Notes: a model not told the origin generated them from the sequence alone. 63,300 nt of DNA from Minisyncoccota bacterium (GCA_018060985.1 JAGOUZ010000005.1:1-63300); one strand, 5' to 3'; shown: positions 30,761-41,018, counted from the first letter of the stretch. Made by a program: numbers and translations.

Positions 30761-31101
30761 TTTGCGTAGAAACGTAATGCCCACTGCAGTATAAAAAGAG
30801 TTATAAGCAGGGTGGTGGCGAGTCCTATCCCTCGTGGCCACTCGCCCCCAGTTAGGAGAGCTCCTATCCATCGAACTACTTCCCAGATCGAAAAGAAGAA
30901 TACTAAGAGCAGAAAGGCCCACACTACGCGTATGCGGGAGTGCAGGAGGAAGTCGTCATTACCGTTGAGGGTAAAAAGATACAAAACGCTTGAGAGAAAT
31001 CCGCGAAGAAAAACCAAAAATACTATAACTGCAAGAAAGCTTAGTGCAGCACCAATAATAGGAAGGGGATTGTATAAAACATTTACTATAAATGCATCCA
31101 T
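30742..31101 (-). CDS. small 3-TM protein, possibly VirB2/TrbC-like CPR pilin family
   Basis: Hydrophobic helix, NGNDD loop, R--VVWA-LLL-FFFSIWE-V pattern. Confidence 0.5.
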   Translation of the reverse strand: MDAFIVNVLYNPLPIIGAALSFLAVIVFLVFLRGFLSSVLYLFTLNGNDDFLLHSRIRVVWAFLLLVFFFSIWEVVRWIGALLTGGEWPRGIGLATTLLITLFILQWALRFYAKKEKGS

Positions 31102-31139
31102 ATCCTGAGAAACTTCATGTATACTATATCATACCAGCT

Positions 31140-32522
31140 ATGTTTCTTTACGAAACTGCAAAGCAGCTTGAATTAAGGATGAGGAAGATGGCCTTCAATC
31201 CTATATGGCTGTCTTTTATTTTTATGCCGCTTTTCGCGGTAGCGGTCTATGTAACAGACCCCGACGCACTCATTGCATTCCTCACGGCATTTGCGGCCCT
31301 TTCGCCAGTATGGCTTCCTGTCATTTTGCTCGGATACCTGTGGATCTCCTGGATACATTACGCTCGTCATATTTACTGGTTTGGTATCGACAACATTCTG
31401 CTTGAGATCCAGTTGCCGCCTGAAATAGAAAAATCGCCTATGGGCATAGAGCTTTTTCTAAGTTCTATCTTTCACACGGGTTCAGAGACGACGTTTATTA
31501 ATCGTATTTGGCAGGGCAAATTTAGGAATACATGGTCACTCGAGATTGCGTCTATAGAAGGGCATATTGGATTTTATATCCATTGTCGTCGTGCCTGGCG
31601 GAATTCTGTGGAGGGCAGAATTTATGGTCAATACCCAGAAGCGAAAATTATTGAAGTTGAAGACTATATTTCGAAGATTCCATACAATAATACTGACTAT
31701 GACATGTGGTGTGGAGAGTATGGAAAGCCAGGCAAAGCCTGGATCGCCCCCATTCGCACCTATGAGGAGTTTGAATTGACCGAGGAGCTTGATGAGCCTA
31801 AGAGCCGCACAGACCCTATCACCAACTTGCTCGAAGTGTTTGCCTTGATGGGCAAAGGAGAGGCTGTTTGGATGCAGATTATAATGCGCGCCCATGCCAA
31901 AGAAGACTGGTTTGGCATGTTTAAGTTTGGCGATGCAATGGTAAAAAATGCACATGATCGTATACATTCAATAGTTGCAGAAGCGGCTGAGCGCGCTAAA
32001 CATATTGCCGAGCACGAACTCAAATTTAAAGAAGAGGCTGCAGCACAGGTGGCCGGTCGCGGTATGACCATGCTGACAGATGAGGAAAAAGAGGAGATTA
32101 AGCTCATCGAAAAGAATTTGGGCAAATTTATTTATGAGTGCGGCATACGCGTAGTATATGTAGCCAAGAAAGAGAAGTTCAAGGGTATTAATGGCGCGTT
32201 TCTTTTCAGACTTTTTGATGCCTATAGAGGGCCTTTTAATCGCATAGCGGGTATTGGAGGTCGCGGACTGATCGGCTTTGACTATCCGTGGGAAGACCCG
32301 TTGGGTTTTATAAAGAACCGCACTAAAGACCTTTTTTACTTCCACTCGAAGCATCGAGCATTCTTTTACGTGCCGTATGACCAAAAGCCGGAATTTATGT
32401 CGACTGAAGAGCTTGCAACGATATGGCACTTCCCGAACACAGGCGTAGACACCCCGGGTCTTAACCGTGTGGCTGCCAAGGTAGCTGAGGCACCGCACAA
32501 CCTCCCATCGCTGCCACACTAA
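31140..32522 (+). CDS. conserved CPR-type membrane-anchored hypothetical protein
   Basis: Two N-terminal TMs; LLEIQLP; WSLEIAS-EG-I-FY...VEG-IYGQYPEA-I-EVEDY; ELATIWHFP. Start set at ATG 31140, seven nt after TATCAT. Confidence 0.75.
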   Translation: MFLYETAKQLELRMRKMAFNPIWLSFIFMPLFAVAVYVTDPDALIAFLTAFAALSPVWLPVILLGYLWISWIHYARHIYWFGIDNILLEIQLPPEIEKSPMGIELFLSSIFHTGSETTFINRIWQGKFRNTWSLEIASIEGHIGFYIHCRRAWRNSVEGRIYGQYPEAKIIEVEDYISKIPYNNTDYDMWCGEYGKPGKAWIAPIRTYEEFELTEELDEPKSRTDPITNLLEVFALMGKGEAVWMQIIMRAHAKEDWFGMFKFGDAMVKNAHDRIHSIVAEAAERAKHIAEHELKFKEEAAAQVAGRGMTMLTDEEKEEIKLIEKNLGKFIYECGIRVVYVAKKEKFKGINGAFLFRLFDAYRGPFNRIAGIGGRGLIGFDYPWEDPLGFIKNRTKDLFYFHSKHRAFFYVPYDQKPEFMSTEELATIWHFPNTGVDTPGLNRVAAKVAEAPHNLPSLPH

Positions 32523-32525
32523 TGT

Positions 32526-33521
32526 ATGCAGATTGCACTTAACGTTAAGCACACTCTTCAGAGGTTTTATAGGCGCCGGCGCAGGCTTATAGTGCCTGGG
32601 TTTTTTACCGTACTTGCAGCCTTTGTGGTGTATGGTGCCCTGTTTGCGCCGCCACGCATGTTTTCGACAGACTCATATGTACGCGTGACACAAGGGGAGA
32701 GTGTATCTGAAATTGCTGAGGATCTTAAAGAGCAATCATTTATCCGCTCAAGAACCGTATTTAATCTCATAGCAAAGCTATACGGCGATAGAAGTGTAAT
32801 AGCTGGTGAATATTATTTTTCACATCCGCAAAGTGCGCTCACTATAGTGCGTCGCCTGGTGAACGGTACTTTTGAAGTTGAACCAATAAAAATTACTATT
32901 CCAGAAGGTACGAGCTCGTACGGTATTAGTCAGATGCTTACAGCGGTGCCGGACTTTGATACAGAGGCGTTTTACGAACTTGCTTCGACCAAAGAGGGGA
33001 GGCTCTTCCCCGATACGTATTACATCTTGCCTGGTGCAGATCCTGCTTCAGTTGTCTCTATGATGGAAGATAACTTCAGAAAACAAGTTTCGCAGGGAAA
33101 TATCACGCTCTCAGTTGCGTCTTTTGGTAAGTCATTTAACGACGTTCTTGTAATGGCGTCACTGCTCGAAAAAGAGGCCAATAACTCCCGTGACCGTCGC
33201 ATGATTGCAGGCATACTATGGAATCGAATTAAAAACGGAATGTTGTTGCAAGTTGATGCGGTATTTCCGTACATTATCGGTAAAAATACTTATAATATTA
33301 CAAAAAAAGAACTTCTTACTGACTCTCCTTACAACACCTATACCAACAAAGGGCTTCCTCCCGCACCGATTACTAACCCTGGCGTAGATGCTATTTTAGA
33401 TGCCGTTACTCCGATAGATACTGACTATGTGTATTATCTGTCTGACCAAAATGGAACTATGTACTACAGCGTTACCTATGAACAGCATTTGCAGAACAAA
33501 GCAAAATATATTGGGAGTTAG
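32526..33521 (+). CDS. mltG: endolytic transglycosylase MltG
   Basis: TIPEG, EGRLFPDTY, ASLLEKE, GMLLQVDA, SPYNTY-N-GLPP-PI-NPG. Confidence 0.95.
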   Translation: MQIALNVKHTLQRFYRRRRRLIVPGFFTVLAAFVVYGALFAPPRMFSTDSYVRVTQGESVSEIAEDLKEQSFIRSRTVFNLIAKLYGDRSVIAGEYYFSHPQSALTIVRRLVNGTFEVEPIKITIPEGTSSYGISQMLTAVPDFDTEAFYELASTKEGRLFPDTYYILPGADPASVVSMMEDNFRKQVSQGNITLSVASFGKSFNDVLVMASLLEKEANNSRDRRMIAGILWNRIKNGMLLQVDAVFPYIIGKNTYNITKKELLTDSPYNTYTNKGLPPAPITNPGVDAILDAVTPIDTDYVYYLSDQNGTMYYSVTYEQHLQNKAKYIGS

Positions 33522-33551
33522 TATGATATACTTTTAGAAGGTTAGACGCAT

Positions 33552-34163
33552 ATGATAAATCCTCAGCTTCTTAATTATGTTCGCGCTCAGCGACAGGCTG
33601 GCGTACCAAGAGAAGAAATCATAAAAGCCCTCGCAGGAGGTGGCTGGAGTGCTACCGATGCGCAGGATGCTTTTGCTGCTATTGAGGGCGTACAGGTGCC
33701 ACCTGTCGCACCAAAACCCATTCCTCCTCCTATGACTACTCCAGCGCCAACTCCGGCTCCTCAGCCACGGCCAATACAGCCTATAGTTCAGCCGATGGCT
33801 CAGCCTGTTGCACAACCAGTACAGATGAGCACCCGCATTCAGCCTCAGCCTGTGGTGCAGCGTCAACCCGTTTATGCACAGGTCAAAAAGCGTTCCGTTG
33901 GACCTTGGATTTTTATGTTGTTCCTATTTTTGATTATTGGTTTTGCAGCAGGAGCGTACACGGCGGTGGCTGTTCCGGTTGTGCACGATATTGCAGTTGA
34001 ACTTAAAAATATGATCTCGCCACCGACGCTCGAGCCAGTAGTCGTGGAAGAGAAGCCTGAAAATACGTCGCCGCTGCCGTCATTTATGCCCACCTTCCCG
34101 CCACTGGGAAGCAACGCGACCACTACTTCTGGTACTACTACCGCTTCGACAACGACACGCTAA
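33552..34163 (+). CDS. Pro/Gln-rich single-TM hypothetical protein
   Basis: N-terminal L-NYVR...I-KAL-GGGW helix, PQ-rich linker, TM at aa ~120-142. Confidence 0.75.
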   Translation: MINPQLLNYVRAQRQAGVPREEIIKALAGGGWSATDAQDAFAAIEGVQVPPVAPKPIPPPMTTPAPTPAPQPRPIQPIVQPMAQPVAQPVQMSTRIQPQPVVQRQPVYAQVKKRSVGPWIFMLFLFLIIGFAAGAYTAVAVPVVHDIAVELKNMISPPTLEPVVVEEKPENTSPLPSFMPTFPPLGSNATTTSGTTTASTTTR

Positions 34164-34180
34164 CAAGCTATAACGGGTAG

Positions 34181-35251
34181 GTGCAAAATCCTGGCGAGCA
34201 ACAGAATAAAAAAGCATTTGTAGGCCTTTCCGGAGGCGTTGATTCTGCTGTCTCTGCCGCCCTGCTTAAAAGCCATGGATACGATGTAACAGGCGTTTTT
34301 ATACGTATCGCTATCTCAGGTTACCCCTGCCCAGCAGCGCAAGACAGAATAGATGCCATGCGGGTAGCGGCGCATCTCAAAATCCCCTTTAAAGAAGTAG
34401 ATTTATCGAAAGAGTATGAACAAGAGGTTTTTAGACCCTCGATAGAAGAATTTGCAAAAGGTCGTACCCCAAACCCAGACACGCTTTGCAACGAAAAGAT
34501 TAAGTTCGGCATCTTTTTTGCCTACTGTATGCAGGAGGGTGCAGACTTTGTTGCTACGGGACACTACGCGCAAACAAAAAACGGAAACCTGTATGTTTCT
34601 GCTGATTCCAATAAAGACCAGAGCTATTTTTTGTGGGCCGTTCCTGAAACAGTGCTTAGTAAAACGTTGTTTCCCGTCGGGGGCTTACACAAGCCAGACG
34701 TTCGAAAGCTTGCCGAGAAATTTGGCCTACCAAATTCTGACCGCCCCGACAGTCAGGGACTCTGTTTTTTGGGCGATATCGGCCTTGATGACATGCTTGC
34801 ACGCGAAGTGCCCCAACAGCCAGGTTCTGTATTAAATGAGCAGGGCGAGAGTGTGGGCACTCATCGTGGGGCGATCCACTACACGGTGGGGCAGCGTCAT
34901 GGCTTTGAGCTCACTATTCACACCTCAACTGAAGTGCCGCACTTTGTCGTATCTAAAGATAGTAAAGCCAACACGATTACGGTCTCGACTGAAAGGTTTC
35001 CCAAGCATAAACATGCAGCGAAAGTGATTCTTATAGATACAAACTGGATCGGCGAGTTGGAGGAGGGTCCTTGCGAGGCACGCTTTCGCTACAGGCAAAA
35101 ACTGATTCCTGCCGAGATTACTAAGGCAGGAGATGTTTGGCAGGTAACACTTAAGGAGCCGCATTTTGTTCCGGAAGGGCAGTCGCTCGTTCTGTATCGT
35201 GGGGATCGCTGCCTTGGCGGAGGAGTTATAGCCAGTGCTACACTGGAGTAA
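34181..35251 (+). CDS. mnmA: tRNA 2-thiouridylase MnmA
   Basis: GLSGGVDS, TPNPDTLCN, ATGHYA, KDQSYFL, DSQGLCF, TVGQRHG. Confidence 0.97.
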   Translation: MQNPGEQQNKKAFVGLSGGVDSAVSAALLKSHGYDVTGVFIRIAISGYPCPAAQDRIDAMRVAAHLKIPFKEVDLSKEYEQEVFRPSIEEFAKGRTPNPDTLCNEKIKFGIFFAYCMQEGADFVATGHYAQTKNGNLYVSADSNKDQSYFLWAVPETVLSKTLFPVGGLHKPDVRKLAEKFGLPNSDRPDSQGLCFLGDIGLDDMLAREVPQQPGSVLNEQGESVGTHRGAIHYTVGQRHGFELTIHTSTEVPHFVVSKDSKANTITVSTERFPKHKHAAKVILIDTNWIGELEEGPCEARFRYRQKLIPAEITKAGDVWQVTLKEPHFVPEGQSLVLYRGDRCLGGGVIASATLE

Positions 35252-36054
35252 TGTTAATCGCAAAAGCTGATGGCAAGACGGAGCCCTTTGATCCAAAAAA
35301 ATTAGTAGCATCACTAAGACGTGCGGGTGCAAAAGAGAGTGTCGCAGAGCAGGTAGAGCGCGACCTCGAAAAGGAAATGTGGGAAGGTATTTCCACTCAG
35401 GAGATTTACTCGCGAGCGTTTGCGATGCTGCATGAGGCGCGACACGAAGTTGCTGCGCGGTACAGTCTTAAGCGCGCCTTACTCGAATTCGGCCCTTCTG
35501 GCTTTCCCTTTGAAGATTATATTGGTGAACTTTTTCGCGCCGAGGGAAAACAGGCACGCGTTCGTCAAATAGTTAAGGGTAAATGCGTTGAGCACGAAGT
35601 AGACGTGGTTATTGATGGCCCAGGAGAAAAAATTTTTGTGGAAGCAAAGTTCCATAACGCCGCAGGCTTTAAGAGCGACCTGAAAGTTGTTCTGTATGTG
35701 CAAGCGCGCATTGACGATATAGGCCAGGGAAGAGGTATGGTGGTTACTAATACCAAGTTTACTGACCGGGCTATTGAGTACTCCAGCTGCAAAGGTCTGG
35801 AGCTTCTCGCGTGGGATTATCCCCAGGGTAAGACACTGCAGGATCGTATTGAGGCAGCAGGCCTATACCCCGTAACGGCGCTTACCTCACTTACCAAGTC
35901 TGAAAAAATGGCTTTATTAAGCCAGCAAGTAGTACTCTGTAATGACTTGGCCGACAAGGGCGATGTTTTGAAACGGGCAGGAGTCACCGGAGGTAAAGCT
36001 GATACGGTGCTCGAGGAGGTTGGTGCATTGTGTGTCCCCGGTAAGGCGGTATGA
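35251..36054 (+). CDS. ATP-cone plus restriction-endonuclease-like (Mrr-like PD-(D/E)xK) protein
   Basis: I-KADG-TE-FD-KK (ATP cone); GPSGFPFE; HEVDV...VEAKFHN; VTNTKFT-RA. Confidence 0.85.
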   Translation: MLIAKADGKTEPFDPKKLVASLRRAGAKESVAEQVERDLEKEMWEGISTQEIYSRAFAMLHEARHEVAARYSLKRALLEFGPSGFPFEDYIGELFRAEGKQARVRQIVKGKCVEHEVDVVIDGPGEKIFVEAKFHNAAGFKSDLKVVLYVQARIDDIGQGRGMVVTNTKFTDRAIEYSSCKGLELLAWDYPQGKTLQDRIEAAGLYPVTALTSLTKSEKMALLSQQVVLCNDLADKGDVLKRAGVTGGKADTVLEEVGALCVPGKAV

Positions 36055-36093
36055 TAGACGCATGGTCTATTAACAGTTTTATTTTAGGGATGT

Positions 36094-36822
36094 ATGGCAG
36101 ACAATAATCAGTCAACTCAGGGAAATCAGCAGGGCAGTACTAACAATAAACCAGCAGGACTTTCGTGGTCTCAGCCACAAAAGCCAGTTACTTCGCCACT
36201 TCTTGGGGCAAGTACGTCAAAGTTTTCTTCTTCAGCGTCTACGCCGAAGATGCAGCCAGCAAAAACAGCAACAGTAGCTAATACAAATGGCAGAGGGAGA
36301 CTTTTCGCCCTCTTTCTTTCTGGTGCAATAGTGGGCGCAGTTCTTACCTGGGGTTACTACACACTTAATCCGCAGGAAGAGATCGCTCAAAATACTGAAA
36401 CCGAAAATACTCCTACAGTTCAGAATACGGGAACTACGGTTGCCGGAGGCACTACTCTTCCTCAGACTGGTTCTACCGGTACGACACCAGTTCCAACTAC
36501 AGGCGCTACTGGAGGAATAGTACTTGCAACGACACAGACCGCTGGTCTTAAAGTAGATATTACGAGCGCGCCAGTAACAGTACCAACGTGGGTAGTTGTG
36601 TATGAAGTGGTTAACGGTCAGCGCGGTAATGCGCTTGGTGCTGGTTACTTTACTTCAACCACAGGCGCTCGCAGCATCAACTTGCTGCGCCCAACCATTG
36701 CAGGTCAGAAATATTGGGTGGGTAAACGTGTCGATAATGGCGATAAAGACTTTACGTCGGCAGATCAGGCAGTACTCAATGCTGCAGGACAGCCACTCTT
36801 CGTCGAATTCACCGCACGTTAA
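36094..36822 (+). CDS. single-TM hypothetical protein with C-terminal beta-sandwich
   Basis: Ser/Gln-rich N-terminus, TM LFALFLSGAIVGAVLTWGYY, Thr/Gly linker, WVVVYE...GNALGA. Confidence 0.75.
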   Translation: MADNNQSTQGNQQGSTNNKPAGLSWSQPQKPVTSPLLGASTSKFSSSASTPKMQPAKTATVANTNGRGRLFALFLSGAIVGAVLTWGYYTLNPQEEIAQNTETENTPTVQNTGTTVAGGTTLPQTGSTGTTPVPTTGATGGIVLATTQTAGLKVDITSAPVTVPTWVVVYEVVNGQRGNALGAGYFTSTTGARSINLLRPTIAGQKYWVGKRVDNGDKDFTSADQAVLNAAGQPLFVEFTAR

Positions 36823-36856
36823 GACTGATTCTGTTAAAAAATGGTAGGATAGTTCG

Positions 36857-37729
36857 GTGAGTAGCTTCTACAAACCAAATCGCAAGCCCGATTGGAATTA
36901 CGGCGGGCCCAAGTGGCGTCTCTCACGGTCAAAAATTGACCTGTTTGTGAGTTGTCCGCGATGTTTCTACATCGACAACAAACTTGGTGTTGCACGGCCG
37001 CCGGGATTTCCGTTTAACCTAAACAGCGCGGTTGATGCCCTGCTAAAAAAAGAGTTCGACATACATCGTGCCGACGGTTCAGCGCATCCGCTCATGCAGG
37101 CCTATGGGCTTGAGGCAAAGCCGTTCTCACATCCAAACATGGATGTGTGGCGCGAGAACTTTAAAGGAGTGGAGTGCAAGCATGCCGCAACCGGGTTTAC
37201 GGTCTCTGGTGCCGTAGACGATATCTGGATTAACCCGAAGGGCGAGCTTATGGTTGTGGACTATAAGTCGACCAGTAAGGACGAAAAGATCGAGGCGCTC
37301 GATAAAGACTGGCACGATGGCTACAAACGCCAGATGGAGATCTATCAGTGGCTCTTGCGTCAACACGGCTTTACTGTCTCGGACACCGGCTACTTTGTGT
37401 ATGCCAACGCATCTAAAGACAGAGCGGCGTTTGACGGCAAACTTGAGTTTGAGGTAACGCTAATACCGTACACAGGCAGTGCAAACTGGATAGAGGCCGT
37501 CTTAGGCGATATTAAAACGTGCCTTGATGCTGGTGTAGTGCCAGAGAAGGGTGCTGATTGCGACTACTGCACCTACCGCGAGGCGGCGGGGGCGGTGCTC
37601 CAGCAAGCATACAGCGGAGCACCTGCTCCTGTTCATGCCCCCACTCCTGCCCCAAAGCCCATAACCCCGCTTAAAAAAAGATTAGCGAAAAATGATAATG
37701 AAGAATCACCCACCGCTCAACTTTTCTAA
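36857..37729 (+). CDS. PD-(D/E)xK nuclease family protein (AddB/Cas4-like, Cys-containing)
   Basis: LSRSKID-F-SCPRCFY; GAVDD-W...VVDYKST; QMEIYQ; CDYC. Confidence 0.85.
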   Translation: MSSFYKPNRKPDWNYGGPKWRLSRSKIDLFVSCPRCFYIDNKLGVARPPGFPFNLNSAVDALLKKEFDIHRADGSAHPLMQAYGLEAKPFSHPNMDVWRENFKGVECKHAATGFTVSGAVDDIWINPKGELMVVDYKSTSKDEKIEALDKDWHDGYKRQMEIYQWLLRQHGFTVSDTGYFVYANASKDRAAFDGKLEFEVTLIPYTGSANWIEAVLGDIKTCLDAGVVPEKGADCDYCTYREAAGAVLQQAYSGAPAPVHAPTPAPKPITPLKKRLAKNDNEESPTAQLF

Positions 37730-37970
37730 AAAGGTCTACGATGTCGTGAGTAAGATCCCAAAAGGGGAGGTTATGACCTATGCAGAAGTCGCTGCCAAAG
37801 CAGGCAACAAGGGAGCCTCGCGCGCTGTTGGGTATTGGATGTCTAAAAACTACGACCCAAAGATCCCATGCCACAGGGTAGTGCGTAGCGATGGAAAAAT
37901 AGGCGAGTACAACCGCGGCGGCCCTAAAAAGAAGTTTGAGCTTCTGCATCAGGAAGGATATCGCGGCTAA
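37692..37970 (+). CDS. ogt: methylated-DNA--protein-cysteine methyltransferase (MGMT, DNA-binding domain only)
   Basis: IPKGEVMTY, ASRAVG, IPCHRVV active site, K-LL-QEG. Confidence 0.85.
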   Translation: MIMKNHPPLNFSKKVYDVVSKIPKGEVMTYAEVAAKAGNKGASRAVGYWMSKNYDPKIPCHRVVRSDGKIGEYNRGGPKKKFELLHQEGYRG

Positions 37971-37974
37971 ATCC

Positions 37975-38646
37975 ATGAAGGACGTCAAAATCCATCCGTC
38001 GTGGCAGGAGCATTTGAAGGATGAGTTCGATCAGCCGTACTTTGCCGAGCTGGCAGCCTTTGTAAAAAAAGAATATGTAGACGAAGTGATATATCCGCCG
38101 CCGAAACACGTCTTTCGCGCCTTCGATCTGGCGCCATTTGAAGAAGTAAAAGTAGTTATCTTAGGCCAAGACCCATATCACGGCCCGAAACAGGCTAATG
38201 GTCTGTGCTTTGCCGTAGAAGAGGGGATACGCCTGCCGCCCAGCCTTCAAAATATTTTTAAAGAGATAGAGGCCGAGTTTGGCGAAAAGATGAAGAATAC
38301 GGGTGGCGATTTAAGCCGCTGGGCAAAACAGGGTGTATTGCTTTTAAACGCCACACTAACAGTGCGGGCGCACTTGGCGGGCTCGCATCAAAACAAAGGC
38401 TGGGAGAAGTTTACCGATGCAGCTATAAAAGCGCTTTCAGATGAGCGTGAGGGACTAGTGTTTATACTGTGGGGCAACTATGCGCGGCAAAAAGGAGCGC
38501 ACATAGAGCGCACTAAACACTTGGTCTTAGAGTCGCCGCATCCATCACCGTTCTCTGCCTACAACGGTTTTTTTGGCAACGGCCACTTCAAAAAAGCGAA
38601 CGAGTATTTAGAATCGCATGGCAAGACTCCTATTGATTGGCTTTAG
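37975..38646 (+). CDS. ung: uracil-DNA glycosylase family 1
   Basis: GQDPYHG, PPSLQNI, GVLLLN, HPSPFS; start ATG 37975. Confidence 0.97.
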   Translation: MKDVKIHPSWQEHLKDEFDQPYFAELAAFVKKEYVDEVIYPPPKHVFRAFDLAPFEEVKVVILGQDPYHGPKQANGLCFAVEEGIRLPPSLQNIFKEIEAEFGEKMKNTGGDLSRWAKQGVLLLNATLTVRAHLAGSHQNKGWEKFTDAAIKALSDEREGLVFILWGNYARQKGAHIERTKHLVLESPHPSPFSAYNGFFGNGHFKKANEYLESHGKTPIDWL

Positions 38647-40617
38647 CTACCAAATATAAGATCTATCTTTTGGATCGCGATATAGTTTATCTGTTTTAGT
38701 GACGCCATACGCTTCGTAGAACGGCGTAAAGTGGGCAAGAGGGCCGTTGATGCGGCACTCGGGCGGCGAATGTGGGTCAGTAAGCGTGCGGGTTTTAATT
38801 GCTTCAGGCCTATTTAGTTCCTGCTCTGCTTGAGCAAAGCCTAAGAAGAAGCGCTGTTCTGGAGTAAATCCGGCGATATCTTTACGCCCAGTTTTCTTTA
38901 GATGGCGCTGATGCGCTTCGTAGCCGATTACTAGGCCGCCCAGGTCGGCAATATTTTCGCCCAGTGTCAGCCCTCCATTTACGTGCACACCATCTGCCAC
39001 AGTAAAGGCGTCATACTGTTTAACTACTACTTTGCCCTTCTGTTCGAACTTCTTTTTATCAACAGGTGTCCACCACAATTTTAAGTTGCCCTTGTGGTCA
39101 AACTTGGCGCCTTGGTCGTCAAAGCCGTGGGTGATCTCGTGGCCAATGACCGCGCCAATACCGCCGTAGTTAAAGGCATCATCTGCATCGAAGTTAAAGA
39201 ATGGCGGCTGGAGTATTGCCGCAGGGAAGACGATTTCGTTCATCGTTGGGTGGAAGTAGGCATTCACTGTCTGCGGATACATAAACCACTCCTCACGGTC
39301 GATGCTTTTACGCACGAGCTTCTTCATTTCGCGCTGACGTTCGTACTCGGTAACGCGCAGAATGTTGCCAAAGTAATCGGCAGGTTTAATAACCAGGCCT
39401 TTGTAGCCCTTCCATACACGCGGGTATCCTATCTTGCGCTGCATGGTCTTAAGCTTTGCAAGGGCCTTCTTTTTTGTTGCGCTGCTCATCCAGTCGAGGT
39501 TTTTAATACGCTCTCCGTACACAACAAACAGGTCGCTTACGAGCTGGTCCATTTTGCGCTTTTTAGCTTGATCAAAATGTTTAGTGACATACACTTTGCC
39601 AAGCGCCTCGCCTAAGGAGCCGTTAACCACACCAAGCGTGCGACGCCAGAGCGGCTTCATCTTTTTATTGCCGGAGAGCACTTGAGAAAAGGCAAAGTTA
39701 ACTTTAACAAAGTCTTCGCTCAAAAATCCGGAGGCATCGTCGGCCAAGTGCCACTCCAAATACACCTTCCAGTCTGCAAGCGGGACAGTGGTGAGTAGCT
39801 TACCAGTAGCCTTAAGAAACTCTGGCTGCATAGCAATCACATACGGAACTTTGGGAACCCCGGCATCTTTAAAGTATTTCTGCCACGCCACCTCGGGTAC
39901 CTGTTTTTGCAATTCCGAAATAGTGCGCTTGTTGTACACCTTGTCTGCGTCGCGAGTGTCGACTTTGTCCATCGAGATCTTTGCCAAGCGAGTCTCTATA
40001 TTCATTACTACTTCGGTGCGCCTCAATGCTTCTTTAGTATCGTAGCCAAGCAAGCGGAAAATCCGAATCAGGTGATCTACATATGCTTTCCGCACGCGCA
40101 CAAACTCCGGCTCGTCTTTTATATAATAGTCACGGTCGGGGAGCCCCAAGCCGCTCTGATATATATGGAGCGCGTAGCGAGCGCTGTTTTTTGAGTCTTG
40201 GTCTATGATCGTACCCCACGGCACTGCGATACCGAGCTTATGAAAGCGGGCGAGCAGGTCTAAGAAGTCTTTGGTGTTGGATAGATCCTCTATTTCTTTG
40301 CGGTAGGTATCTAGTGGCTTGGCTTTAAGTCTATTGCGAGTTGCCATATCCATACCCGAGCGATACAAATCGCCTACCAACTGCTCTACGCTTCCGGCAG
40401 CAGCTTTTTTGGCCGCGAGCTCATCAACTATTTTTTTGAGATTATGCTCTGCCTCGTAGCGCAGGATGATAAAGCTGCCCCAACGGCTTTCGTCGGCCGG
40501 AATTTTGTTCTTTTTAAGCCAGCCGCCATTGGCGTAGTGGTAAAAATCATCCTGAGGGCGGACTGTTTTGTCGATATTTTTTACATCAAAGCCTTTTAGT
40601 GCGCTGCTTGTTTTCAT
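38647..40617 (-). CDS. pepO: M13 family metallopeptidase (PepO/neprilysin-like)
   Basis: PQDDFY, VNAYF, NEIVFPAAILQPPF, GHEITHGFDDQG, GENIADLGG, DPHSP; start at 40617 or 40629. Confidence 0.93.
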   Translation of the reverse strand: MKTSSALKGFDVKNIDKTVRPQDDFYHYANGGWLKKNKIPADESRWGSFIILRYEAEHNLKKIVDELAAKKAAAGSVEQLVGDLYRSGMDMATRNRLKAKPLDTYRKEIEDLSNTKDFLDLLARFHKLGIAVPWGTIIDQDSKNSARYALHIYQSGLGLPDRDYYIKDEPEFVRVRKAYVDHLIRIFRLLGYDTKEALRRTEVVMNIETRLAKISMDKVDTRDADKVYNKRTISELQKQVPEVAWQKYFKDAGVPKVPYVIAMQPEFLKATGKLLTTVPLADWKVYLEWHLADDASGFLSEDFVKVNFAFSQVLSGNKKMKPLWRRTLGVVNGSLGEALGKVYVTKHFDQAKKRKMDQLVSDLFVVYGERIKNLDWMSSATKKKALAKLKTMQRKIGYPRVWKGYKGLVIKPADYFGNILRVTEYERQREMKKLVRKSIDREEWFMYPQTVNAYFHPTMNEIVFPAAILQPPFFNFDADDAFNYGGIGAVIGHEITHGFDDQGAKFDHKGNLKLWWTPVDKKKFEQKGKVVVKQYDAFTVADGVHVNGGLTLGENIADLGGLVIGYEAHQRHLKKTGRKDIAGFTPEQRFFLGFAQAEQELNRPEAIKTRTLTDPHSPPECRINGPLAHFTPFYEAYGVTKTDKLYRDPKDRSYIW

Positions 40618-40710
40618 AGATGTATACACCTTACAGGTTTTTAATGGCTGGCGCTAGAAAATCTTGGGTGTATTATGCCCGCAGGCAGTAAATGTGAGCG
40701 AGGTGCTACC

Positions 40711-40995
40711 ATGATCGATCTTGATGCGGTGTGCCTCAACACATTTGGGGACGCTGCACGTAATTGGGACTTTATGAGGAAGATTCGGAACGTTTTGCAG
40801 GTCCAAAAGATGGATCCGGTCCAAAGTGTCCGACGGTTACGCTACGAAGTAATGGAAGTCGTCGGCGGCAACCCTATCAAGACAATCCACATCGGACGAA
40901 CGCCTACAGGTGTTGCAGCAGTCGAACGACCCACTCTTCCCACGGGCACAGTGCTCAAATTGGTTCCGATCAACCGTGGCGACAATGCCTCCTAG
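40711..40995 (+). CDS. 94-aa hypothetical protein
   Basis: GAGGTG SD six nt before ATG 40711; TG-TATTAT upstream; own terminator. Confidence 0.6.
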   Translation: MIDLDAVCLNTFGDAARNWDFMRKIRNVLQVQKMDPVQSVRRLRYEVMEVVGGNPIKTIHIGRTPTGVAAVERPTLPTGTVLKLVPINRGDNAS

Positions 40996-41018
40996 ATCAG
41001 CCCGTCACCCAAATGCAC

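Noticed and set aside
36857-37729. Cas4-like nuclease as evidence of CRISPR
   Set aside because: No repeat-spacer array or other cas genes in the window; it sits in a repair cluster with ogt and ung.
39094-39615. Long antisense or alternative-frame ORFs (also 51608-52267, 11219-11767, 27036-27794, 56568-57107)
   Set aside because: Shadows of well-supported genes on the opposite strand, with no motifs or initiation signals.
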